DNA of 64,000 nucleotides from Pristiophorus japonicus. Its lineage: Eukaryota. The DNA lies in NCBI RefSeq assembly GCF_044704955.1, contig NC_091979.1:119412001-119476000 (forward strand), given 5' to 3'. The notes beneath the pieces are model-generated. The model was not told the origin of the DNA and did no database searches. It saw only the letters and a list, made by a program, of their open reading frames with translations. Within the stretch, counting starts at the first letter, position 1. Every line of letters starts with the position of its first letter. The position numbers and the translations under genes are program-made. This document shows positions 12,066-24,600 of the stretch, piece after piece.

Positions 12066-15000
12066 AATTCAGATGTTTTTTCTGTTGGTGACAATCAAAA
12101 ATACAGACACTAGCTAAAGAGGCGAAGACAATTAATTCCGCCTTGTCACTTGAGTCTGCACAAACTGTTATCTATTCCCAAGCATACATGTACGAAGGAC
12201 AATGGAGTACACTTCGCTATAATGCAAATTTACATAAAATATTAGTCAGCATGTCCAGTCAAAAAGCAATAAAGCGGGAATCTGTTATGACTTATTAAAT
12301 TAACTGAAAATACATGCTGTAGGAAACAACAGTGACGTCCAAAGATATAATTATGTGGAATATATTTTGTTATACAAGATGCAAATGATTTCTACGCGAA
12401 TATGTGTAACAGATTGTTTAAACGACGAGGCGAAACTAAATTGAACACAGCTAGAGAAATTGCTTTATTTGGCATTTGCATTTTACGAATTTATTTCGTT
12501 TTGCATCTCCATGTAAATATTTCTTATCTTGCACACCTACGCAGTACAAACGTATTCATAAGTTCAAAAACGATTCGAACAGCTGCACATGGAGTATATC
12601 CAGCAATACTTCCCAATCTATAGAAATACTTATTTGGATCGTTCCAGATATTTAGTAGTCGCCAACAGGGTTTCCTCTTTGCATCTGTATTTCTTTCTTT
12701 GTCTCCGTGTACACGTGCAGTCACACATTCCCCCCTTATTCGGATTATTAGATCACCTTAGAAATTAACATATATAGGCAACTAGCCGATTTGACTTACT
12801 TATGCTTTGGAAAGCCATATCAGGAGCATTACATATAATTAGTCGACGGCTTTCTGTCCAATACCAAGTGTATAAAGTTTAAAATTATCATCTAACTTTC
12901 TGAACCTCTGTAGTTTCGTTGGAGAGTGCTGAATGATCTCTTAGTGCAGAGTATATGAGACAAGTCATAGTGACAATTCTGGAACATTTTTGCATAAAAC
13001 CATTTCTATCATTTATTGAGATCTAACGGAGCTCCTTTTATGTTCCGTTTCTTCTCATGCATGTTAACTGGTTCTGCACAAAAGTGAACCAAAGTAGCCC
13101 CAGTTCCGGTTCAGTCGTAGTTCATATCATTATCCACTGGGGGGTGCTGTCGCTCCACTGTACCAAGTTGGGAATCTGCAAGGGACAACAGAAGCCGAGT
13201 AAATCGCTTAAAAGGAAAGTAGTAACTTTTCATAGCGCTTTTCAATATAGAAAACATGCAAAACAGTAATAATTGAAGTCTGATTATTCGGAGGATTTTC
13301 AAAATACAAGATTAACTGTAGATTCATTAAAAACGTTAAAAATCAAACACGTGTGAACATGTGCTCGCTTGAAAGTAAAAAAGTTCCTAATAACTTTGTG
13401 GACATTTATTATTAAATAGTTCCATTGTACAGATATTCGATATTTAAAAAAATGATGGTTTTTCATACCAATTTATAACTGTTGTAGACAGTTGTAATTC
13501 CAATTTTCATTTAAAAAAATCTCTATATTTGGGCCTGTATTCGTCTTTGTTCTAATAATGTTCATTCACCGAAACTCTAAAATACGATATTTCTACAATG
13601 GATGAAGTCGTGTACTACGGTCACAGTCGGCGCAGTGCATGCCAAGTAATGCGGAGTGGGATTCGAGAATAAGGCTAAGTCAGATTTTTTATTTCTCAAT
13701 TATAATAAATTACCTAATTCAGAAACGAAACTTGAAAATGTGCAAAGTAGTAGAGCATTATCACAACAAACAGTGCAGCATTATTACAATAAACAGTACA
13801 CATTCAGAGCTAATCTTAGTGAAATGCATCATTCTCAACTTTAATTGGTGTAAACATTTCTAGATGTTACCGTGCGTTTCGGTCTTCAAAACAAGATCAA
13901 AAATATAGAGCTCGGTCTACCATTTGTTTAAAAATCCGATTGGCGTACAATTTTACTATCATACCCTTAAAATACTTTTTTCTAAATATGTTGTCATAAT
14001 TTTCAACGATTTCTGAAACAATTTCAAGCGTTCAAATGCAGTTACAGATTTTAAAGTAAAATAAAATCAATGGTACTGCACAGTGGTTTAAGTGTTCACA
14101 GACTCGCTACGTTGACTTGTCCCGGAATAAATCGACTACAAATGTAGACATTTTTTAGAGCGAAAAAAATAATAACGTTTTAGAGTTAAAATTTAAGTTA
14201 TAATGTACACAATGTAATTCGAGGTGCCTTTTCAACAAAGAAAACTCTTTCTCGGGATTTCGGCAGAAACGCTGACCGCCGGTTTATATATATAGATACA
14301 TGTCGATTGTTTTATATTCGGCACCTACCCGGCAACATTGCACAATTATTTGTCGCTGATCACTGGGGTTTATTCAATAACCCCGATCAGTGTTCATTTG
14401 TGCTTTTCGGATTTCTGCCGTATCTCACTTCGATTAGAAGCAGCTCTGTAATTGTTTCAGATCTCAAAACAAAAAAGAAAAGTAAAATAGAGCTAAGATA
14501 TACATTTAAATTAACAACGAATTGTTAATATAAACTCTCTAGTCTTACAGGTCAGATTTTTAAAATAATAACATTACTTGAATGGTTTGTACAAAAAGGG
14601 CAACGGAGCGATCCCCTTCATGCCATTTATCCTTTCATATAAACTTGCTTAAATGAAGCAAACATTTCGGCAAAATAGAAATTTTGCCAAAAGTAAATGC
14701 ACATATAAATATGTGCATAACAAAATTAATATGCAGCGTCACAAATCAATGGAAATGTTCATCATACTGAAAAGTAGTTTGCCGGAGGTTTTAACCGAGC
14801 TTGTGATCAATGTTTCTGCTCTAGACTGCAGTTAAAAGTGGGGAAATGGCAGCTTTTATTTCCATCTCAATGTTCAAATTCGTGAACATTATATTATCAT
14901 TACACAATGATAACGCGTTTTAAATTGCGAATTTTCCGCTGACTTTTGTTTTACGCAAATAAATGAAAAGTTACTGAAAAAGAATATGGCTGCAGCAAAG

Positions 15001-15754
15001 TCTAGCGCATATTGGACTGAAAACAACTCATTTTGTTCCATTTTGAATGCGCTGCATACATTGAAGTATAGGTAGAATTCTTCTGGTTAGCAGTCAGTGA
15101 AGACATTTCTGATTTTAATTTCCCTGAAGCATTCTGTGGAATTGAGACAATCACCGGAGCGTGAGGAACAAAGTTCACTGGTGAATACAAGTTTAACTAG
15201 ATCAAGCACTCTTTCCGATTAAACTTTAAACGCAGTCGCTTGAAGGAAAAAAATGGGATTCAGTTTATTCATGAGCGATTCAACTATCAGGAACTAAAGC
15301 TAACCAGCTCGAGAACTGTGCGCCTGTCATCTCAGGCGTTCTGATTCTCCCGATGTTGGAGTTCGTGTTGAAATTTCAACATGAAGCTACAAACTTTGAG
15401 ATTGCCTGCAGATCCGAGCTGCTTTTCTCGGCAATGACGTCTGCCAGGGGTGAAATGATGGAAATTGTATTCACAGGCATGATTTTCATTAGGTAGCTAT
15501 TAACCTCGAAGTTTCAGTCAAGCGAGCCTATTTTTTATCCGAGGCAAGGGTAACTGTTTCTCCCCGTTTTTGTGGAAAGGATATTTCATACAGTATATTA
15601 ATGCTGTTTGATTTTTTAAAATTGTAAACAAGGATCAGTTGTTGTTTCTCTGCATCCTACTTAAAGCAAATAACAGCAATAACTATTGCTGATTGGCAAC
15701 AGTTTATATGTAAACCACAGAAGTATCCGTGGGCCAAATATAATTAGGTATGTA

Positions 15755-15805
15755 AATATAAATAAATATATATAAATCTATATTATATATATATATATAT
15801 ACATA
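15755..15805. repeat. (TA)n-rich microsatellite upstream of HoxD8
   Basis: Imperfect TA dinucleotide run; similar short TA run at 4338-4370 and GT-rich run at 23745-23795. Confidence 0.7.
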
Positions 15806-16451
15806 AGCTAGATAGGCAGGCAGATTGACAGACGCACGCAGATTCTAAAAGATTTACAGAAACAGCCAGTACAAAATAATCCCTGGTCTTCATTCTAACT
15901 TTAGCCTTTTAGCCCTCTGGCCTTTCTCCCCCATTTTTGACTAAGTCTTGACCTTGAGACCAGTCTCACCTTGTTGTGCTCTAAAATCTAATTGCTGTGC
16001 TGTAACCGGGCCAGCTTCATTTCTGTTCAGCTCAGTGGCGCACGTATTTCATGTTTTCTGTGATGCGGCCCGCCTAATTGTAATGAGAGTGTGCTGAATA
16101 TATTAATCCGCATGTTATCTTTTTTTCCGATCTGTATGCCCTCTACTTTTAAAAAAAATATCATTTCCCAGTACAGACGTGTTGCCCGCGAAAGCGGTAA
16201 CTGTAAACGGCAATCAAAGATCTGCTCAGCTGGCTTCGAACTGATCTGCGCTTTGAAAGTGAAGCAGCCAAAGCAGTGAGGCAGTTGTGTACCTACAGTA
16301 TTAGCGAGTATGTTCCACGGGGCATCAGTGCACACTGGATCTGCATTGCCATCATGAGCACTGTGTAGACCGGGGAACCCAATAACATCACTCCAGTATT
16401 GTTTAACATTTATTTTGTTGCTATTCATTGGCCATTCTAGAGTCTGCACAG

Positions 16452-17392
16452 ATGAGTTCATATTTTGTAAATCCATTCTACTCCAAGTACAAGCCAGGAG
16501 AAGCCCTCAATCCCACTTACTACGACTGCCGGTTTCCACAAGACGTGACCAGTAGACACGCTGTGGTCTATGGTCCCAGCAGCGGCGCCAGCTTCCAGCA
16601 CCCAGCTCAAGTTCAAGAATTTTACCATCATGGGACATCAGCACTTCCTAATACTGGCTTTCAACAGAATCCTTGTGGAATTACGTGTCATGGTGACCCC
16701 TCTAAATTTTACGGATACGATAACTTACAAAGACAGCAAATTTTTACGACACAGCAAGAGGCCGATCTGGTACAATATCCTGACTGTAAATCGTCTAGCA
16801 GTAATATTGGCGAAGAACCAGAGCACTTAAATCAGAACTCGTCTCCTACTCAAATGTTTCCCTGGATGAGACCTCAAGGTTGGATATATTAAAATTAGCT
16901 TCCATCTCACGTTTTACTGCTCACTTATGCCAAGGTGTTTAACGTTATCTGTAATAGTCTGCTTTTCTAGGAACACTTTCTGTGTGTAGCATTACCGAGC
17001 AAAGCAAAGATTTTTGGCCTTGTTCCGTCTGTCGTTATTTGATTATGTGCATTTTATCCGCTATTGATTGTCTCTTGTGTTTCTGGTGTTCTTTAGCAGC
17101 GCCCGGCAGACGCAGAGGGAGACAAACTTACAGCCGATTCCAAACTCTGGAACTGGAAAAGGAATTCCTCTTCAACCCGTATCTGACTCGAAAGCGAAGA
17201 ATCGAGGTTTCACATGCTCTGGGACTGACTGAGAGACAGGTGAAGATTTGGTTTCAAAATAGGAGAATGAAGTGGAAAAAAGAAAACAACAAGGACAAAT
17301 TCCCAACCTCTCGGAACGACGAGGAGGAGGAAGAGGTCAAGAAAGAACAGGAAGAGCCTGAGCAGGAGACAACAGAAAAGGAGACCAAGTAA
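16452..17392 (+). CDS. HOXD8: Homeobox protein HoxD8 (exon 1 16452-16878, exon 2 17097 or 17100-17392; ~240 aa)
   Basis: [14 protein letters not shown] start, hexapeptide MFPWMR, intron CAAG|gttgga ... tttag|cag|C. Homeodomain [60 protein letters not shown] followed by an acidic tail. Confidence 0.96.
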
Positions 17393-17783
17393 CTTTACCC
17401 CTTTGGCCTCAAAGCAAAACCTCATTCAGTTTGTGCCAATTCCACTGTTAAACGTGTTGATCAGAGTGAATCCTCCAGCACACTGATGGGTAGTTTTGTG
17501 TTAACACTCCAACTGTTTTGGAAGTTCTTTACAGCCTTAATTCGACATTCTTTCTAATGAGGTCTGTGTGCATCATTTTAACCTTTTCAATCACACCCCG
17601 ACAGATAGAGTATCAGCCGTCCTAGAGAATTTTGCGACTCCCTTTAAAAGTGGAAAGCGGCAAAATCGCAGAAGAAATAGCCATTTTGAATAAAAATTGT
17701 ATTGCTTTTTAATAGGACGAAAATATGAAATGATATCGTGATTGATTTAGTTTGTTGATTTTATTTAGCATTTTGTGATTATA

Positions 17784-17804
17784 CCCAACAACATGAACTG
17801 CCTA
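17784..17804 (+). promoter_or_regulatory. miR-196 target site in the HoxD8 3' UTR
   Basis: CCCAACAACATGAACTGCCTA versus the perfect miR-196a complement CCCAACAACATGAAACTACCTA: one missing A and one G:U wobble. Confidence 0.9.
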
Positions 17805-18424
17805 ATAGATCGGATTATTTGGAATGGAATGCGAACACACTTAATTATCGATTGAAAAAAAGGTGCACTTGCGATGTGTCTTAATTACTGTGCGTGTAAA
17901 CTAATTGGTGGTGTATTGCGGCTGGAAATTCTCAACCATTACCTATTCTCCGATACGCATATTATAAACACAAGCAAAAAATATTACAAGGTATTCCGCA
18001 GCAATAGTCACTTTTTATGATGGTCGAATGTGATTAAATTAATAAATGTTGATTCAATTTAACTGTGTACTTGTTTCATTTTACGACCAGTATTCCAAAG
18101 AAAATAAAAGCAATTCATTTGATAGAAAATCACTGTGCTTTTGTTGAAATAATCAGTTGGGTTCGCTAGATCACTATTTGCCAGCGATCAGTGATTGTTT
18201 CGAGTATTTTCTGTAAGGTTAGATCAGATGTATTTTATTTTTGTTTGTCTATCCCCGTAGCCACAAGGTGTACGTCTGCCATGCAGCACCACAACTCTGT
18301 TCGTTAGATGCAAAAGTCAGAAGATGGCGTGATTTTTTATATGTAGTTATAAAAGTTAATGGTAGAGCTGATGATTAGAATATTAGTTTATCTATGCCCT
18401 AAGTTAAATGTCTTTCGAGTCACC

Positions 18425-18635
18425 ATTGGCTAGTCAAATCACATGCCTGACTCATGTGTGGCTAAAACGACGCTGTAAAAGTTAGTGGTTGGTGTTAAAC
18501 TGCGGTCTACTGTACACGTATATCAACAAATCTCGTAAAACCGACAATAAAAGTTCTAATACTACAAATCACTCGGCAAACTGTGGACTTCTGGGTTCCA
18601 ATTTGTTCTTTTTCTGGTTTAAAGGCTGGGGCGGA
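18425..18635 (+). pseudogene. Orphan Hox7-type promoter and 5' UTR with degenerate start (putative HoxD7 remnant)
   Basis: ATTGG-N10-CACATG module, then CTCGTAAAACCGACA...TACAAATCACTCGGCAAACT-GTG. This matches the recalled HoxA7/HoxB7 leader immediately before ATG, but no Hox ORF follows. Confidence 0.55.
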
Positions 18636-21139
18636 AGGGATATCTTCCGTGGTCGAAGTAACCGTCTGCCTTTCCATTAAACTTTACTTAAGCAGCGATC
18701 AAGTCACATCTAAACTTTAACAGGACCAGTGGACATATAAATCCTAACCATCGGAACTGGCAATTTTCTGTCTCCACATTTTCTTTGCGCACAATGTACA
18801 ATGCTATGATAAGCCTGAATAAATAAAAAATATTGATAAGAACAAACAGGAAACAATTAGAAGGGAAAAAAGCAAACATTGTACTTCAAATGTTATGCAA
18901 ACAAGCAAAAACGCGTGATTATTTGCAGAACTAAAGATAACAGTATACATTTTGCCAGCGGACTCCAGCATCCACTCTGATAACACAGCGATGATATTTA
19001 GATCTCTGATTTAGGAAACAGTTTCAGACTTGTAATCGAATGTAATAATATATTACATAACTAGGCGTCATATGGTCACAATGCCCTCATTCCATCAGGT
19101 ATAGTTTGCCATATGAAGCATCAGTTGAATCATCCTGACAGACAACAGCGAAGTTTGGAAACTCCGGTTTTGTTGACAGAGCTTTATATTGTCTACTTTA
19201 TGTATTCTAATCTCGGTGGCATATTACTTTATTTTAATACAAATCATTTTGTGAAATGCATTGTATATCACAAAGGTGCCCGACTCTAACGGAGGTAAAT
19301 ATTTTCAGAGAACATATCAACTATAAAGGAATATCAGAGTTTATTTTTGAAATTGCATTCTCGTGCCGAAGAGGTGTTCTTTTCAGAAACCTTTAACATT
19401 TTTTCATAAGCCTCTCTGCTTCTTAAACCAGATGTTTTTTTTTCTAATATATGTGATCTGAGCCCCTTTTTGGAAAGAATACTTATTTTAAAATTTCATC
19501 AAATCTGTTACAAAATCAAAGAATGAAATAAATAAAAATGTTATTTTTGCAACCGCTGCCATTTAAAATTGGACGACCAATAACGGGTCTTTGCCGCAAT
19601 AGCGGTCACCAAGGTGCTGTACAATCACGGTAGAGCTGGGCCTTATCGATGGTCTTATTAGATGGTAGGAATCGCAAGTACCTCCGTGTTTTCACTGAAG
19701 GGATAGTGCACACAACCAAGAGGCTTTTGGGTGGAATTAGTCCTTTGACGTGGGCGTTAAGTTTGCTACTTGCATCGATTTTAACAGACAGTGAAGATGA
19801 AACATTGCCAGAACTGCTGCGACATGCGGTAAAAATGCTCCTTGTGAATCCTTACAAAAGGTTTCTTTTGGTTCTTCAAGCCCGTTCATTTGTTTTGTTC
19901 GAATCAAACCTCTGCAGAAATCCCTCCACCCCCACCCCAGAAAAACATTTTTCGGGACCAGAATAAGGATAACCTACAAGGTTTACCGTTTTATTCACGT
20001 TGCATTTTATTTTGGTCGACCGTTTCTAATAGTTTATCGTTACCATTATTTAAGTTTAAGAAATCGGCGCTTAGCCACGTATATTTCTAACAGGCGTCTC
20101 TGTATTTACGCCGTAACATCACTTCAAAGCATTTGACCAGAAACAACTAAGTGCTTGCCCTTCTCCAGGGTTAAACCCGCGAGAAGTATGGGGTTAGGTA
20201 GAAAGTTCGGATATCAAATATCTACCAGCCATCATCTGTTTTTCCCAATGAATGGGGTTCCCGTGAATTTAACATTAGTTGCGGAACCCGCCCACTGCCA
20301 ATGGGAGGAATGATCCTGCACAATTACCGAACCAACTGCCTCAAAACATTTATTCTCCCATTCATGCTGAATAGATTTACCCAGCACCGCAGTTATTTTA
20401 TCCATTTAACTCAATTCTTATTGACTACTGGAATGTGGTATTATTTTAGTTTATAGGCTCATTTCCCCCCGATACTGGAAACACGAGAAGTATAATGCAA
20501 TGTCACATTGTGATTAGAAAGTGGAGTACAATGTGCAAATAGATAGCTAGATTTGCGGATCCTTAACTTCCAGTTTCTCACCTGTGTAGAATGCACCTCG
20601 GAACATTTACAATAAGTTGACACATTGCTTTTATTATTGATTGTTATTTGAAGGAAAGTAGCCGCCGCAGTTTTGAAATTTCTTTTGCGGCAAAATACGC
20701 TTCAGGTTCGTTTGCTTTCTACTCTTAACTCGGCCATATCGATTGGGCTCAGAACATCGCGTCAAAACAAAACGAATAAGCTGTCTGATTCATAATTGGC
20801 AATATTAAATACTGTGATCATTACACGTTTCATTATTTGTAGAACTAGTTTTTAAACGTATGTTTATACTTAACGTATTTAAAACATGAACTAAAAAAGT
20901 ATAGATTAGCAAATTGTAGGGATTTGATTGGTGTACTGTGAAAGGCCCAGTGTAGTGGGAGAGATTTCTCGAGATGTTTATGTTGTTGCTGCACTTCCGC
21001 CTGTATAGTTGGTTAAGGCGTTCGTTACAATACACATTACAGCAACTAGCTGGAGCAAAGAACTCGTTCAAGGAAACATGGCGCTTGCGAGCTGTACTTG
21101 CGAAATCCGCAAGGAATTGCTGCGAATTCCTTTTTGTTT

Positions 21140-21615
21140 GAAGAAAATTTACAACTTTGTAATGGACCTTTTACGACGGAGACGGCGCTCCTATTGGCTG
21201 GCATTGGTCATGTGAATCTACTAACTGCGTTCATGGCCTTTTCATGATTTCCCTTGTGAATATTTCACTGCATTCCGCTGCTAACTCGTGTCAAACCGTC
21301 TTTTCTGTCAGTATCTCCCCTTGCCTGCTTTTGTCGTTGGTATTTGGCGCCAGCTGCTTGCAAAAAAAGGACACTTTCCGCTGTATTCGCGGTTTTCAGT
21401 CCTTTTCTGTCCAACTATGAGGAAGTCATTCGACTCACGCTGGGATTTAGCAACCTGATCACTCTCACAGTCCTCTGACGTCTTCTTACAGTCTTCCATT
21501 TACTCTTCAATTCGCTTTACCCTTTTTTACGTTCTTTTATTAATCGATCAAGTACAAATGGAATACAACATCCACCTGGTTACTAATCTGGGGAAGCGCC
21601 CTGAAAACGGTAAGT
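21140..21615 (+). promoter_or_regulatory. Orphan promoter plus putative non-coding first exon in the D8-D5 gap
   Basis: TTTACAACTTTGTAAT, TTTTACGA and ATTGG-N11-CATGTG (21193-21214), then a strong donor ACG|GTAAGT at 21609/21610. No ORF of note. Confidence 0.55.
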
Positions 21616-24600
21616 GCTATGCTTTGCCCTGCTCTGCTGTTGTACATGCGTTTGTTTCGTTGCTTAAGTTCTAGGCAGCTGTTCTGTAGGTTGAGGAGTG
21701 TTCGACATAAATGAAGAAACAACAAGACTGATTTTAGAACGGCACCTTCTAACCAGGTCCAGGAGCTCGAGTGAATTCAAATAGTGGTTGTGGTGCAGAT
21801 TAATTAAATATTTATTTTCCGCAATAAGACGGAGAGTTGCGATTCGTGCCTATTTTTGATATGAAAGCTTCGCCACAAGGCAGCTGACATTTGTGCCTCT
21901 CACCCACAGTGGAGATAAAGCGGGTTGCGTAATTTACTCATGGGATGGTAAAGGGGATGGCACAACTGTTGTCGTTATTTTGCTGGAGCGACACTCGTTT
22001 TTTCGGTTTTCCCGATATGTGGCTTTAAACGTTATTTGATATCTTGCAGACGAAGACATTAGTTGGACTCTTTTGCGCTGTCTGAGGAAAAGCTGCAGTG
22101 ATGAATGATGCACTTTGTGTTAATGATCCTAATAATTCCATGCAGTAATCATTAGCTTTACAAACCCCAAGAAACTATCAGAATTTTGGGGAAATGTTTG
22201 GCTAACATCTTAATGGTATTTCACCACGTGACAGCACTTTGCACAAATGAGAGGCACTCTTGCAGTAATTAACTTGCAGTCGATATCAGACTTGTGGTTT
22301 CAATATGCTGGTAATGAGTGGGGATTCAGTTGATGTTTCGAACACTGCGCTTCTTGTCAAAGCTGCAAAGAGTATCTGTTCGTCCATCTGATTATTTATT
22401 TTCCGCAACTAGTTGTTCCCAATTTGGATTTTACAGTTTGTAAAAACCATAAGGTCTGCTTCCTGGGAAATGTCTTTAATTTGGAACAAACAGCCCCAAC
22501 CCCACCTCAGTGCTTTCACAATGCAAAGCATAACGGTCAGGAGAAAAACATCGCGCTCCTTTATTTGCCCTGCCACTTATTTCTCAACATTAACTATTTA
22601 ATTGCAACACCTTGTTGCGGAAATGTGCGCAGAACATGGACATGCGAGTTAGCAAGAGATGCATTTATCAATAAATATTAGTGTTATATTTTTCGAAGGC
22701 AGTTGCTTGTATTTCGGTGCTTAAATACAATGGGAGGATTGTTTATGATTTTTCTCCTTTAACATTAGAATTGAATAAGGGATATTCTCATTACATCCAC
22801 TTGAAAATTATGTTCATTTTTGCCATTTAATTGTAAACTGGTTCGAATTTCAGGCTCCAGATTATTTACTGGAAGCAGACGAAATGACAATATATTAGTT
22901 TGATCATCCGCGTGGCTTATAATTATAGTGATGTTAATTCGTTATTAGCAACTGGTATATATTTGCAAATGGAGACTCATTTAAAAACCGTTGATCTGCA
23001 TCAGCCTGTATCCATCGCCCAAACCAACAGGTACATTGCCCAAATCAAACTCGGGCTGCTAAAAATAAGGTCACAAAGTGTTCCTAGAACCAAATAAACG
23101 TTTAATAATATCGTAACATTTGTAACTAAGTCATAATTATTCTTTATCACATCGTAAATATTTCGATATTAACTGTCTATTTTTAGAAACGATCTACAGA
23201 CAGAAATGTATCCATACTCGATTTATATCAGATTGGAGAAAGTGAAGTGCCTAATATTATTTTCTCTATTGAAAAAGCAGTTTCATTTTCACCTCAATGT
23301 TCACGCAGCACTTCACATTAATTGGTTAACACAGTGTGTTTTCATATAATTTCCAATGCATCGCCTGGGTTCATTACAATATTTTTTTTATGATGAAATG
23401 ATTAATTTAGCTATTTTCGTCTCAGTTTAAATCATCAAGCGAGATAACTATTTGTTTTAGATATATTTTTCGATAAACTAAAGCTGGTTACCGGGAGTTA
23501 TGCGATAGCTACACTCTGTGTGCTCTTTTGCATACAATAAAAAGCTGAATTTTGATTTCCTACATGTTTTCTTCTTGACAAGACATAATTTAGTATAAAC
23601 ACATTAAAAATAAAACTGAACGGACAAAACAAGCCATCATTACAAATATAATAATCAGAAAACACATATTTGCAAATCTCAATGCCAGTGACAATTTTTA
23701 AGGTCGAATGATCTAATTTATGTTCTTCAAATCCGTATATTTGCGTGAGTGTGTATGTGCCTGAGTGTGTCAGTGAGTGTGTGAATGTGTGTGTGCTGAT
23801 TTACAGCCAGTATCCAGCGATCTATTTGGAAGCTTTACTCTGGAGGGCTTTACTCACTGTACACCTTCTACACCGACAATACGCAAATATAATTTCCAAA
23901 TAATTTCAATATAACAAGAGCAAAATATTATAATTAATAATTTAATGGCAACAACTTTTCAATTAACATGTGTCCAAAGTGAATCCGATCGCCAACAGCC
24001 TTTAGCACTTTTGAATTAATTACGCTGGTTTTCCAATCCTTTTAACATAAATTTGTAAATGTAAACAATCCTTAATCCAAACACTCCCCTACAGATTTTT
24101 AATCTAGAATTTAACGGGAATAATCCATTGCGATTCGAGAGACAGCTCGCTCCTCACAGGGTTGATAAACAAACGTATTTCCAGACCGCGATCTTCTCCT
24201 GAATGTATTACAAGGGCGAACGCACTGTAAAGTGAAAATCAACACAAATTAATTGGTATGTAGTGCACGCAATGATTTGCTCATTCAACAGTATGAACAT
24301 GATCCACAATCGCGTCCAGTGTTAGGGTAAAATGTTTAAATACTGGCCATTCTGTTTCAAAAGTTTCAGGGCTACGAAGGGGCAGTAGCCCGGAATATAT
24401 ATGTATATTATTTTCGCTATGCTCAGCACTAGAAACCATACTATTCAATCGAATGTTCTTTAAGAGTACAGGACAAAGACAATATTTCTTCCACCGACTG
24501 TCAGGCGGCAGCCGCAACGTTAGATTTACGAGCGTAAGACAGAGTCGGTTGAATTGTGTAGCGACAAGGTTCTTAGATCAGAATTACAGGCGGGGCACAC

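Noticed and set aside
16027-16476. 149-aa antisense ORF over the HoxD8 promoter, and antisense ORFs over D10, D4, D3 and D2 exons
   Set aside because: No recognisable protein features; expected shadows of GC-richer or coding sequence.
19649-19966. 105-aa ORF as a novel protein-coding gene
   Set aside because: No recognisable domain or gene structure; only considered as possibly overlapping an eroded homeobox.
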